Assembly (NCBI GenBank): GCA_963666365.2
Contig: CAXXNF010000002.1
Coordinates: forward strand, 544,001-608,000
Length of the DNA: 64,000 bases
Origin: Syntrophales bacterium
GTDB lineage: Bacteria > Desulfobacterota > Syntrophia > Syntrophales > UBA2210
Direction of reading: 5' to 3'
Made by a program: the position numbers and the translations under genes. The notes under the pieces were generated by a model. The model searched no databases, was not told where the DNA came from, and saw only the letters and a program-made list of their open reading frames with translations. Of this stretch, positions 22,074 through 32,912 are shown piece by piece (the first letter of the stretch is position 1; each line of letters begins with the position of its first letter).

Positions 22074-22655
22074 GACGTTCCTCCTTTTCGTGTGGTTGAG
22101 GGGTGTGAGCTTACTCGTGGCGTTCCGAACAGAATCCCGTCCTTGTCAAACCGGGCTGCGGACCGCCCTCCTTCATCATCATTGATGAAAACCGAGGCGT
22201 GATGCGCATAGTTTCAAGCAAGATAATTACCCTAACGGAGCGGCTATGTCACACCTTTTTTGCTCTTTGGGCACGAATTATGGTTTGAAACATTGTGTTT
22301 CTGCGGCGGTCGGCACTTATTGACTACAGGAAGGAATCGGTCAAAACGCCAGAGTATGAATTTCGAAAACTCAGCTGATGGCAAAAAAAAAGAGTTACAC
22401 CTACGAGTCCTTTAATCATTGACAGGATGCAATCAATAATTACCGATTGAAATATGGGATATGCTTAAAACTTATTGACAAAACCACTTAAAGGGTTTAA
22501 TCATTCGCCAGTTGTCTTATATTTTCCTTATTCACTACCATGCTTTAACCGATTATAATGAAGGAGTAAGGATGGTTTGATCTACCAGCGCTGTTTCTCA
22601 AACAGCGCATCCAATGTTCCCTTATGAGCCGCTGTTCAATTCAGGAAACAACGAA

Positions 22656-23150
22656 ATGAAGGTGGTTATGAAAAAAGTCTTTATGAAGCTCATGGTTCCA
22701 GTGCTTCTCTTTTGCTTGATTGGTCCGGTCCGGATACCAACGGAAAATGCCTACACGTACGCCTTTCCCTTCCTTCCCCAATACCAACCGGGTTCGCAGG
22801 AAGAGCTTATTCGCGAGGTAGGATGGGACCGGATCTTTTTCGACTATCAGTCAGTATCCATTCGCCCCGACCAGAGATACACGGTAGATAAATTGGTCAC
22901 GTGGCTCCATAATCACCCCAATGTGTACATGTGGTTGGAAGGACATGCCTCCGAAAACGAAGGCAGCAGAGATGAATGTCTGCCCTTGGGTGAAAGAAGG
23001 GCTGAGAGTGTTAAGGAATACCTCGTTGAGAGAGGCGTCAGTTCTTCAAGACTGTCCACCATTTCCTACGGTAGGGGAAGGCCTGCGGTGGTGGGCGACA
23101 ATGAGAATTATTGGGTGCAAAACAGACGAGTAATGTTCGTTGTGCGCTAA
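22656..23150 (+). CDS. OmpA/Pal-like peptidoglycan-binding domain protein
   Basis: IFFDY, LEGHA, LGERRAESVKEYL, ISYG..RP, NRRV; start uncertain (22614-22683). Confidence 0.8.
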   Translation: MKVVMKKVFMKLMVPVLLFCLIGPVRIPTENAYTYAFPFLPQYQPGSQEELIREVGWDRIFFDYQSVSIRPDQRYTVDKLVTWLHNHPNVYMWLEGHASENEGSRDECLPLGERRAESVKEYLVERGVSSSRLSTISYGRGRPAVVGDNENYWVQNRRVMFVVR

Positions 23151-23340
23151 AAGCGACCGGCGGATCGTGCAATCTATCTCGAGTTTGCGGCCGGCGGTGC
23201 TCCATTTCGTGCTCACGTGCTCAGCCACAACAGAAATTCATTAGATCCATGTGATTAAAACGAATATCTAAAGCTGTGGGCGGGATCGGGCCATGATGAT
23301 ATGTTTTATGCAGTTCCATTTAGCTTTCCCCACATAGTAC

Positions 23341-23364
23341 ATTCCGGGGACAGTACACTTAATT
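23341..23364. repeat. Single arm of the REP-like palindrome at 55996-56051
   Basis: ATTCCGGGGACAGTACACTTAATT matches that repeat arm at 23 of 24 positions. Confidence 0.8.
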
Positions 23365-23774
23365 CAGATTTTTCCTTTAACCCCTGGGAATACATCACAG
23401 ACTTGCTTCGTCAAATCATGAGCCATCCTTTCAATCCCTGCGAGAAAATAATGTAAACGGTTCACAGAATTGTCTTCTAAAATCAATATCTCCCTTTGTC
23501 CACATATTTACAGAAGGAGGCGTGCGGCGCCTTTCAAGAATTTCAAATAGCGGTCAGTTTTCCATTGACATGGCGCCGCTTTTCCCTATACATCTCTCAA
23601 GGCACGTCAGTTCCACTGTATAATTGAGTAATATCAAGGTATTTTGGTGAACAATTCGATATTTTTCTTAACATGATTCATGATGGAGGAGGGACTCTCA
23701 TGGGTTTTGTGCACCGGAGAAGACAATGCGAACGGGACGATATGTCTTGCCCTGACACCTATGGATTACAGCCG

Positions 23775-26700
23775 ATGTATTGTAAGATTCCGTTTCAGAT
23801 TTTCATTGTCGCCATATTTCTGCTTTTTTCTGCCCTATCCTCATATGCGGACATCGCTTCGCTGGAGGCCGAAATCGCCGATATCGACAATCAGATCAGC
23901 GCTCTGAACAGGCAGGTCTCGGCTCTGGATGCCGAAATCGACGAACTCACTGCCGGCATGGAAGAGGCGCGGGATTACATGATTGATTTCGGCACGCGCA
24001 ATGACTGGCTCTTGAGTGAATACAAACAGCACCGGCGACTGTTGCGGCTCTACCAGGGCCGCGAGATTCAACTCGACATGTCCTATATGGATTTTTTTGA
24101 AGCCAAGAACACATGGGAGGAAAGCAGCGATCCGGCGGTGCGCAGGGAGCAGGTCATTATCATGTTCCGATTCCTCTACGGGTACGACAGAGAACCGGGC
24201 CAGTGGGAACTGAATCCCAACACACAGCAGGATTTTGTGGACATGGCCGATCTGATCGTGCGCAAAAAGGCCGTGGCGAGGATCGGTGAGGCACTGGTGC
24301 TTCTGGGAGGGCTTACGGACGAACTGGTGGACGCCGTCACGGGCGTCCCTCAGAACATGAAGGAGGCTGTGTACGAGGCCATTGAATTTACGGCTACTGC
24401 CACACTGAGGATTCTTCCCGAGGAAACGGTCAATGCCTTGAACGATACCTGTATTCAATACGCCCCCTGGCTGGAATCCCAGCAGGCGCGTGCGGAAAGT
24501 CTGAAAAGCGAGCTGAACGCAATCCGGGACAGGGACGAATACGGCGGTGAAGACGGACGTCTCGAAGCCCTGGAAAAGACCAGGGACCTGATCGCGCTGG
24601 AACAAGAGGTGCTGGATAAACTGAAACCAGAGATGGAGGCCTACCGATCCCGCAAGGCGACAGTGGAGGCCAATTTTGCCGCTGTACAGAAGGAAAAAAA
24701 CGAAAAGACAGGGGAGCGTGACGGTCTTCGCAAAAGCATACGCCAGCTCACACAGGAGAGGATCGACAAACAGTTTCAGATCAGACGACTTCAGGAACAG
24801 CAGGCCATCGCTGAGAACGGTGGGCCGGTTAACTACGTGGAGAACCTCTCGATAGGCATAACCAGCGATATCATAGCACTCGATGCCGTCTCGTCAGCCC
24901 TGCTGGACCTTCCCCTTTACACCACACTGTCCGCCATGGCGGACTATGTTACCACGGCGGCTGCAGTGTGCAGCTATCCCATTGGCGAAGGTCTGGTTGA
25001 TTACGAAACATACTACATAAAAAAAACCTTTTCCGCGCCGGTGGCCGAGCCCTCGTGGAAAAAATCTGAAGCATCAGGCGATGTCGCCATCACCGATAAC
25101 CAGGCCCGTGGCGCCGAGGCCGGTTCTGTTCTCCTCCAGGCGGTGCTTTCGCCGATGTTTGAGGGTTATACTTTGGCACCCTGCGAGCACTGTACCGACA
25201 CTTTCAGCTATGAACCCTACGGCAGCGGGGAAAAAGTTTCCGGTGCGGTGTCGATCAAGGTGCGAAAGGTTGAGGACACCCTGTTTTTGCCGTCCTACTA
25301 TTACACAAAGGAAAACCAGTCAGGCAAGACGGAAGAAGAGATCTTCGCCTCCATGAAAAGCGCCGCCGCGACATACGGAACAGGCATCGATCTCTTTGTA
25401 GACGGCGAAGTCCAGAAGACCGGCAGGGCATATCTTTTTTACACAGTAGTCAATGACGACGGCGTCGTGGATATGAACACCCTGTGGGAAGTTGAGATAG
25501 CGCCCGTCGGCGATCAGGATTCATTCGAGATCGAAAACCAGATGAAGGTCCTGGGGCAGGGGACCCTTACGCTGGCGCCGGTGCTGTTGGACAAGGACGG
25601 GGTGCAGGTGCCGGTCGGGAGCGTCAATGGTCTTACGGTTACGGGAAACGAGGTCGAACCCACTCTCAACACCAACGGTTCCTCGGATCTGACCCCCGCG
25701 GAAGATGCTCTCATTGTCATCAACGAACCCGCCCGGTTTTCCATCTCGGTAAAGGGACCGGCAAACATGACCCGGTATGAGGTGAAATGGCGGTATTTCA
25801 GCCGGGAGGATGAAGATGATTCCGATGGTTGGGCGGTCTTCGACCGCCATGACGGCGCAGCCGTAACGGACTATTCGGGTGATTCCGGCAGCTGGGTGTC
25901 CGTCAACCCCGTGACCCTTACGGACCCCGCCGATTACAACCGTGACTACAAGGTCGAATTCGAAATCTGCCGGAAATATGATGGAGTGACAGTCTATTCG
26001 GGCGCATTCGAGAATCTGAGAAGTATTGTCAAGGGGAAACGGTTTTTCCTGGCGGACAGGTCGACAGGCCAGGTATTCCCGGGCAGAAATTTCTTTTTCA
26101 ACAGCTCTACCGGCTGGGCAAACCCCTTCTCACGCCAGAATCTGGAACTGCGTCTTGATCTGGGTGGTGATCAGAACGTTTTGGTTCCCCTCACGGACCT
26201 CATGCAGGGACTCCTGTACGGCGTCAATTCGGCAGAAGAGCTGGATCTGGGCGTGATCGAGATCAAAGAGAATGCCACCACAGGGGAGCGGTATATGTAT
26301 ACCTCACTCTCCAGCGACGGCGCCAGTGGCCGCGTCGAGCTCGGTCTTTACAGGATCAGGGATGCCGATGCCGACAGTCTCTTGAGCGAGCTTGGTGTGG
26401 TGGTTGAAAGAACCGCGATCACGGCCATGACCATCATCGACGTGAATCACTTCAAGATCAGTTACCGGGAGACGGACCTGGGCACTCAGTATGTGGCCAA
26501 GGTATACGCGCCTCTATCCCTGGAAGACTTCACGGCCCGCTGGACTTTTTTTGACGGAACCGTTGAAGAAACATCCTTTGCCGGTGCGGGACTGATCCAG
26601 GAAAGCCTTACTCCCATGACCAGAGGGCTGAAACTGTTCGAACTGGTCAACCCGGCGGGCGTTGTCGTCGGTCGGTTGGGGTTTCTGAGCGGCAGCACCA

Positions 26701-27962
26701 CCTCTTATACCAACAGGGTCTATCAGGAAGTCAGAACGACCTTCAGAATCACCACGGAATACCGCTGGGATGATGAATCACAGACGCATGCAGGTCAGCT
26801 CATTTCACTGGATAAGCATGAAGTGTATAACCAGTTTGAGCTTGATTTTGAGTTCCCCGCCGGCTTCCCGGAGGTGGCGGTGAAGACGGTTGGCGAGCTC
26901 GAAGATACCTCACTGCCGGTGGTAAAAAATGTAACGGTGTCCGGAGAGGGCCTTCTTTTTGACGTCATTATGCCCTCTGCCGGTTTTTACACCACACTGA
27001 CCGTACTCGAAGCCCCGGCCTCGGGGACCGCGGCTATCGACGGCATCCACGCAGCATACACCCCCGTAACCGGGTTCAACGGGACCGACCGTTTTGTAAT
27101 ACGGGTGGACGGTACGGAATGCTCCGCCAGCTCCGACGCGCATTACTACAATCTTGAGGTGGAAACAGACTATTCCGACGCCCGTCCCGTGGTCCGTTTC
27201 ACACAGATCTTCACCCCCACCGGCGGGGGTTCCGGCATCGAAGTGATCTTCATGAACGCCGAAGGTCAGGCTCCGGCCGTGAGCCTCGTGACCCCGCCCG
27301 AGGCCTCCGATCAACTTACCGTCAAGAATATGACCGATGAGGATGAGGCCGAGGTGGAGGGGGGAGTGGACATAAGTACCCATTCAATCGAGGTTGACTC
27401 ACGACATACCTTCACCCTGGGGTTCAGCATGCCCGGAGGTTCATCGGGAAACGCGGTGGTAACCCTGTGGTACTACGCCCCCTATCCAGAGTTTTTTGCA
27501 TACAAAAACCAGGATTACAGTATCCCGCCCCGGATGATCCTGTACCGGTTTTTCGAGCGATATGAAAAGGGCGCCCAGTTGATCCGCGATATCCAGGCAA
27601 GTTCCGGGAGCGGCAGCCTGTATCTCAATGGCGTCCTTCTGGGCGGTGAGAACCAGATCCCCAAAGGCGATCTCCGGAACCTGATCTTCAGGCCCGCCGC
27701 GGATTACACCGGACCCGTGACTCTGACCTTCTACGGCTCCGAGGACGGGGAAACATGGTCCTATCAGCAGAGTCTCGGGGGGCTTGTCCTGGACCGGGAT
27801 GGAATGACGGAACTCGATGAAGTGATATGGGTGCTGCAGGTCCTCACCGGTCTTTCCGTTTCTCCTCCGGAAGGATCAACAGCCGCCTGTCGCAGCGACG
27901 ACGGGAAACCCGGTGTTGCCGAGGCAATTTACTTTCTCCAGAGGGCCGCAGGTCTACGGTAA
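23775..27962 (+). CDS. Large secreted hypothetical protein: coiled-coil N-terminus, beta-rich acidic domains, dockerin-like C-terminus
   Basis: Signal peptide from ATG 23775, heptad-rich N-terminal ~350 aa, YTPVTGFNGTDRF Ig/cadherin-like motif, duplicated EVIWVLQVLTGL / EAIYFLQRAAGL tail. Confidence 0.75.
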   Translation: MYCKIPFQIFIVAIFLLFSALSSYADIASLEAEIADIDNQISALNRQVSALDAEIDELTAGMEEARDYMIDFGTRNDWLLSEYKQHRRLLRLYQGREIQLDMSYMDFFEAKNTWEESSDPAVRREQVIIMFRFLYGYDREPGQWELNPNTQQDFVDMADLIVRKKAVARIGEALVLLGGLTDELVDAVTGVPQNMKEAVYEAIEFTATATLRILPEETVNALNDTCIQYAPWLESQQARAESLKSELNAIRDRDEYGGEDGRLEALEKTRDLIALEQEVLDKLKPEMEAYRSRKATVEANFAAVQKEKNEKTGERDGLRKSIRQLTQERIDKQFQIRRLQEQQAIAENGGPVNYVENLSIGITSDIIALDAVSSALLDLPLYTTLSAMADYVTTAAAVCSYPIGEGLVDYETYYIKKTFSAPVAEPSWKKSEASGDVAITDNQARGAEAGSVLLQAVLSPMFEGYTLAPCEHCTDTFSYEPYGSGEKVSGAVSIKVRKVEDTLFLPSYYYTKENQSGKTEEEIFASMKSAAATYGTGIDLFVDGEVQKTGRAYLFYTVVNDDGVVDMNTLWEVEIAPVGDQDSFEIENQMKVLGQGTLTLAPVLLDKDGVQVPVGSVNGLTVTGNEVEPTLNTNGSSDLTPAEDALIVINEPARFSISVKGPANMTRYEVKWRYFSREDEDDSDGWAVFDRHDGAAVTDYSGDSGSWVSVNPVTLTDPADYNRDYKVEFEICRKYDGVTVYSGAFENLRSIVKGKRFFLADRSTGQVFPGRNFFFNSSTGWANPFSRQNLELRLDLGGDQNVLVPLTDLMQGLLYGVNSAEELDLGVIEIKENATTGERYMYTSLSSDGASGRVELGLYRIRDADADSLLSELGVVVERTAITAMTIIDVNHFKISYRETDLGTQYVAKVYAPLSLEDFTARWTFFDGTVEETSFAGAGLIQESLTPMTRGLKLFELVNPAGVVVGRLGFLSGSTTSYTNRVYQEVRTTFRITTEYRWDDESQTHAGQLISLDKHEVYNQFELDFEFPAGFPEVAVKTVGELEDTSLPVVKNVTVSGEGLLFDVIMPSAGFYTTLTVLEAPASGTAAIDGIHAAYTPVTGFNGTDRFVIRVDGTECSASSDAHYYNLEVETDYSDARPVVRFTQIFTPTGGGSGIEVIFMNAEGQAPAVSLVTPPEASDQLTVKNMTDEDEAEVEGGVDISTHSIEVDSRHTFTLGFSMPGGSSGNAVVTLWYYAPYPEFFAYKNQDYSIPPRMILYRFFERYEKGAQLIRDIQASSGSGSLYLNGVLLGGENQIPKGDLRNLIFRPAADYTGPVTLTFYGSEDGETWSYQQSLGGLVLDRDGMTELDEVIWVLQVLTGLSVSPPEGSTAACRSDDGKPGVAEAIYFLQRAAGLR

Positions 27963-28022
27963 TCACCCGGCAGCTGATGTCCTGCCGCACAGACAGGAAC
28001 AGAATTTTAGAGGGATGAAGCA

Positions 28023-29513
28023 ATGAAAAAAACATTTTTGGGGATTCTAAGCCTGGTGGCTCTTGTGACGGTAGCCTGCACGTCCGGCAACGATACCCTG
28101 ACCGCCGGCTAGAACCTTTACCTGGCCGCAGTAGGCAAGGAAGCATCCGGCGACTATGTGTCGGCCGTCAACCTTTATCAGCAGGCCCTTCCCCTTGTCC
28201 GACAGGATGGCCATGATGCTCTCGCCAGAGAGTGCCTGATCGGCTTGAAACAAACCTTTCCCGTTGTTGCGGATTTCTCGGCAACCGAGCAGGACATCCG
28301 CGACAGTCTCTCCCAGACATTTACCATTACCGAAGAGCAGATTAATGATCTGATTCCCAAAATCGCGTACCAGGACATGGGAGGCATACGATACTACTAC
28401 AGCGACTTTGTGGATACGGTCATTCACCTGGACCTTGCACTGATGCAGCAGCTGCCCGCGGTGATGGACCGCAATCGGCTGGGGTACACGGCGGTAGAGC
28501 GCTTCATCACTATTCCCGGTCCTGTATCAGGTTCACCCTACATCAATCCGATTCGCTACGAAGCAATTGCGACCTATCATGTTCCCCGGGATCTGTTGCC
28601 TGCAACCGGCTTGTTGAAAATATGGCAGCCAGTGGCCATTACAACCGATTGCCAGACCGACGTGACGGTGATCTCGGTTACGCCCGAAGACTACGTGGTC
28701 CATCCTGCAACACTGGACGGCAATTTAGGCGACATTTACCTGGAAGTCCCGCTGGCTGATCTTTCCGACGATTTGCACGTTGAGATTCGGTTCGAATTTA
28801 CGCACTATGAACAAAGATTCACCATGATTGATCCCGACGGCGTGGGTGAGTACGACAGATCAAGCGCCCTGTACCGCGAGTACACCGCTTCGGGGAAAAA
28901 CATTTTCATCACCCCGGAAATCGCCGAAAAAGCAAAAGAGATTGTCGGCTCAGAACAAAATCCCTATCGCGCCGCGCGTCTCATTTACGACTATATCGTG
29001 GAGCATCTGACCTATAGTCACATGCCGTATTTGGCGATTGAATCGCTGCACATCCCTGCAGCCGTGTACGTTCATGAACAGGGCTATGGAGATTGCGGCG
29101 CCCAAAGTGCGTATTTTGCTTCATTGTGCCGAGCTTTGGGCATTCCCGCACGCACAACCGGGGGGTACCAGTTATTCCCTGGTATGGAAGGCGGTCATTT
29201 CTGGGCTGAGTTTTATCTGCCCCATTATGGGTGGGTTCCTGTGGACACCTCCGTGGCGCAAATCGCCAACTACCTGCCTGAACTGACACTGGAAGAGAAA
29301 CAGGCCTACAGAGATTATTTATTCGGCAGCATGGATCCTTACCGCTGGGTGGTACAAAAAGATGTGGATCTGCCATTTTCTCCACCGGCTGCGGAGCGAA
29401 CGCTGATGACTCTCGCCCTTCAACTGCCGGCGGCGCTCTGCGATGAAATCGACGATTTTCCTGAAGAAGTTCTCTGGTCTCATTACGAGATTCATTTTAT
29501 TCCCATATCTTAA
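28023..29513 (+). CDS. Transglutaminase-like lipoprotein with an in-frame TAG at 28110-28112 (pseudogene or readthrough)
   Basis: MKKTFLGILSLVALVTVAC lipoprotein signal is in frame with ORF 28158-29513; catalytic GDC, GHFWAE, VPVD motifs intact. Confidence 0.78.
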
Positions 29514-30229
29514 TGCCTGTTTGTTACGGCCAGATTCCAGGTGAGGGCGTCATCGGAACGAACACCGCCAATGGCACAGACCCTTATGTCGTCGCCCTTG
29601 TTGGTCGCTTCGGAAATGTCGTATATATACGTCGCGATATCCTCTGGAGTTTCCGCCGTTAATCGGATCACCGGCAAGGTTGCTCTGCTCTCGAAGGCCT
29701 CTGGATTCTCAAGATCGCCGTTATATGTTGATATGCCCGTCATTGTGCCGGGTGCAGGTTTCAGTTCATAGGTTCTTGCCGGGGGAGCGTCTGTTATTAT
29801 CCCGAGGATGTACACTGGTCTGTCTGTGGCGGCGGAATTCATGATCAGACCGGCAATTCTGGGCGTATGAAGGTTGTCCGGTTCGTATCCTGCGCCGGTC
29901 ATGATCATTTCCATATAATCTCCCACGGGCCTGGATCCGGTATGATGCAACAACCGGTATGTCTCGAAGATTGCTTCCGTCTGAATGCCGTTACTTACTG
30001 CCGCAAGTCCAATGCTGTTATCATACCTGATTGCAGTATAGTGTCTCAGCCAGTCATATGGGTCGTTTCCGATCGGCCCCATTATTACGCCGTTTTCCGT
30101 CAAAGTGCCTTTTCTCTCTCTGCTCGCCGGGCTACGGCCGGTAACCAGATAAGCAAAAGCCGGTCTTCCCTTAGTCGTCATGCCGAGAAACAGCTGCCTC
30201 CCGGGATACGGTCCATTCGGATTTGTCAT
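29510..30229 (-). CDS. IMP cyclohydrolase, PurO-like (Ntn-hydrolase fold)
   Basis: YPGR, AYLVTGRS..SR, SNGIQT, YEPD..HTPRIAG; GAGGAA RBS before ATG 30229. Confidence 0.75.
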   Translation of the reverse strand: MTNPNGPYPGRQLFLGMTTKGRPAFAYLVTGRSPASRERKGTLTENGVIMGPIGNDPYDWLRHYTAIRYDNSIGLAAVSNGIQTEAIFETYRLLHHTGSRPVGDYMEMIMTGAGYEPDNLHTPRIAGLIMNSAATDRPVYILGIITDAPPARTYELKPAPGTMTGISTYNGDLENPEAFESRATLPVIRLTAETPEDIATYIYDISEATNKGDDIRVCAIGGVRSDDALTWNLAVTNRH

Positions 30230-30712
30230 AGATTCCTCTCTTGTGATGAATGTATCGGACGGCACGATTTGAACCTGGGACATCCGGTTCCCCTCATTCG
30301 CGACCCATCGGCTTATACCATCATCGCTGTTTAAATACAACAGGCATATCCACCCGCCGGCGCCGCTGCTTAAAACGGTGTCATCGCACTTTATCGTGAA
30401 AGCCTCTACTTCAAGAAGGGATATCTGATAGTGCTAATCGCCCTGTGGCAGATCCCCGGATCTTCGGTGTGTTCCAGGTAGATTTGAAACGATTCTTCAT
30501 GGATTTTCGATGTTCTGCACGCAGAATGTCGGTAAAAAGAACGGATAAGGAGAAACTTTTGTCCTGGGACGGGCGAGCGGTTTCTTTCTTGATCGGTTAT
30601 TCCTGAGATGATATAGAAAAACCTGCCCTTGCAATGGTAAAGAATTTCACAGTTCCCATAGCGATGACAGGCTTTTGCAGTATAAAACGGATATGTAAAG
30701 GAGAAAAAAAAG

Positions 30713-31522
30713 ATGCCGCACATGGATCTCAACACCCTGTTTTCATTGAACGGCAAGGTTGCGATAGTCACCGGCGGATCTCGGGGGATAGGTAAGATGA
30801 TTGCACAGGGTCTGCTCCAGGCAGGTGCGAAGGTGTATATCACGGCAAGGAAAAAAGGCGCCTGCGAGGAAACAGCGGCGGAACTTTCTGAATTCGGCCC
30901 CTGCCTGGCAATTCCGGCGGATGTGGGTACGCCTGAAGGCCGGGCAGAACTGATGAATGCCTTCTGTGAAAAGGAAGACAGTCTCCACATACTGATTAAC
31001 AATGCCGGAACGAACTGGGGCGAGGTGTTTGAAAAATATCCCGATGATGCCTTTGAAAAGGTGTTGCATTTAAACGTCAGCGCCCTCTTTTCCATGACCC
31101 GTGATTTTGTTCATCTGCTCGAAAAGGCGGCGACAAAGGAAGATCCGGCACGGGTGGTAAATATCGGTTCCATGGACGGCCTCCACATTCCGACGGTATC
31201 GCGCACCGGCACCTACGCCTACACATCAAGTAAGGCGGCGGTCCATCATCTTACCCGGAATCTGGCGGTAGCGCTCGGTCCGCGTTATATAACCGTCAAC
31301 GCAATTGCCCCGGGGTTTTTCCCGAGCCGCATGACCGATTTTATATTCGACAAATACCTTCCGGATATAGAGGAAAACAGCCTTATGAAGCGCGTGGGAA
31401 GGCCGGAGGAAATGGCGGCGGTGGCTGTATATCTCTGTTCCAAGGGAGGCGCCTATACTGACGGCGTCGTGATACCCGTTGACGGTGGCACATCCATCAA
31501 CCATCAACATGTAAAATTTTAG
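30713..31522 (+). CDS. SDR family oxidoreductase
   Basis: TGGSRGIG, INNAG, YTSSK, VNAIAPG, VDGG. Confidence 0.93.
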   Translation: MPHMDLNTLFSLNGKVAIVTGGSRGIGKMIAQGLLQAGAKVYITARKKGACEETAAELSEFGPCLAIPADVGTPEGRAELMNAFCEKEDSLHILINNAGTNWGEVFEKYPDDAFEKVLHLNVSALFSMTRDFVHLLEKAATKEDPARVVNIGSMDGLHIPTVSRTGTYAYTSSKAAVHHLTRNLAVALGPRYITVNAIAPGFFPSRMTDFIFDKYLPDIEENSLMKRVGRPEEMAAVAVYLCSKGGAYTDGVVIPVDGGTSINHQHVKF

Positions 31523-31582
31523 CTGCAAAACAAAGAAGAGGGGGCGACCGCCTCCAGTGAAAAGAAGTTGGGAGACTATAGA

Positions 31583-32869
31583 ATGAGTGATTTGAAAAAG
31601 GCCTACAAAACAATCATGGACGATCATTTCCCCGACACGATGACCATCACCTTCGGGAACCAGACGCTCGCGTACCGGAAAAGAGCCTGGAAGCTTGAAG
31701 ACGGCGGCACACTGGTCGAAAAAGGACTTCGCTATGGTGAAAATCCGGGTCAGGAAGCGGCCATGTATGAACTCGTCAACGGCAACCTCACACTGGGCGA
31801 TTGCAGATTTATTGAACCGGGCAATGCCCTGGTCAGTGCAGTCGATGAAACGATGATGCTGCAGCCGGGCAAACACCCCGGTAAAATAAACCTGACGGAT
31901 ATTGACAACGCGCTCAACGTGCTGAAGTATCTGATGGACAAACCTTCGGCGGTGATCGTGAAGCACAATAATCCCTGCGGCGTTGCCCATGGTACGACAT
32001 TGGCGGAGGCATACACCCGGGCATTCCGGACGGATCGCATCGCGGCATTTGGCGGCTGCGCGGCGCTGAACAGGCCCATCGACAGGGAAACGGCTGAGTT
32101 GATGAGCAAAATGTATCTGGAAGTAGTGGCTGCTCCCGATTATGTAGAGGGCGCCTTCGAAATTTTGAAGCAGCGAAAAAATCTGCGTATTATTCAAATC
32201 AAAAGAATCGACCAGCTCGAAAAATACAAAACCCTGCGCTTTGTCGATTTTAAGTCCATGATGGACGGCGGCATCATCGTCCAGCAGTCTCCACTGAACA
32301 TGATACACACAAAGGAAGATCTGCAACCCGCCGCCTGCGAGTATAAGGGGCAGGCGTACACGATCGACCGGCTGCCGACGGATAAGGAATACGAAGACCT
32401 GCTCTTCGGGTGGTTTGTGGAACAGGGCGTCAGTTCGAATTCAGTGCTCTACGTAAAAGACGGCTGCACAGTCGGTATCGGAACAGGTGAACAGGATCGT
32501 GTCGGCGTCGCTGAGATAGCGGCTTACAAGGCCTATACAAAATATGCTGATCTGCTCTGCTTTGACCGGCACGGGATCTCCTATAAGGAATTCGAGCTTG
32601 CAGTTGAAAAGGGCGAACGCAAGAAAAACGATCTTATTGCCATTGACGAGGAAACCAAAGCGGCCAAGGGTGGAATAGCCGGTGCGGCCATGATCTCCGA
32701 TGCCTTCTTCCCCTTCAGAGACGGGGCGGATATGGGAATCAAAAACGGGGTGACGAGCATTGTACAACCCGGCGGTTCAGAGCGAGATTTCGAAACCATC
32801 GTGGCATGCAACGATGCCGATCCAAAGGTGGCCATGGTATACACCGGCCAGAGGGCGTTCAAGCATTAG
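31583..32869 (+). CDS. AICAR transformylase (PurH C-terminal domain only)
   Basis: LRYGENPGQ, VKHNNPCG, AFGG, SDAFFPF.DG, QPGGS.RD, RAFKH; no N-terminal IMPCH domain. Confidence 0.85.
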   Translation: MSDLKKAYKTIMDDHFPDTMTITFGNQTLAYRKRAWKLEDGGTLVEKGLRYGENPGQEAAMYELVNGNLTLGDCRFIEPGNALVSAVDETMMLQPGKHPGKINLTDIDNALNVLKYLMDKPSAVIVKHNNPCGVAHGTTLAEAYTRAFRTDRIAAFGGCAALNRPIDRETAELMSKMYLEVVAAPDYVEGAFEILKQRKNLRIIQIKRIDQLEKYKTLRFVDFKSMMDGGIIVQQSPLNMIHTKEDLQPAACEYKGQAYTIDRLPTDKEYEDLLFGWFVEQGVSSNSVLYVKDGCTVGIGTGEQDRVGVAEIAAYKAYTKYADLLCFDRHGISYKEFELAVEKGERKKNDLIAIDEETKAAKGGIAGAAMISDAFFPFRDGADMGIKNGVTSIVQPGGSERDFETIVACNDADPKVAMVYTGQRAFKH

Positions 32870-32876
32870 CAACAGA

Positions 32877-32904
32877 GAAAGGGACATCATGCGATGTCCC
32901 TTTC
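32877..32904. terminator. Hairpin between convergent genes, probable bidirectional terminator
   Basis: Perfect 12-bp stem GAAAGGGACATC-ATGC-GATGTCCCTTTC. Confidence 0.65.
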
Positions 32905-32912
32905 CTGTACAA

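Noticed and set aside
13600..29500. Prophage or conjugative element
   Set aside because: No integrase, phage structural, relaxase or T4SS genes recognised.
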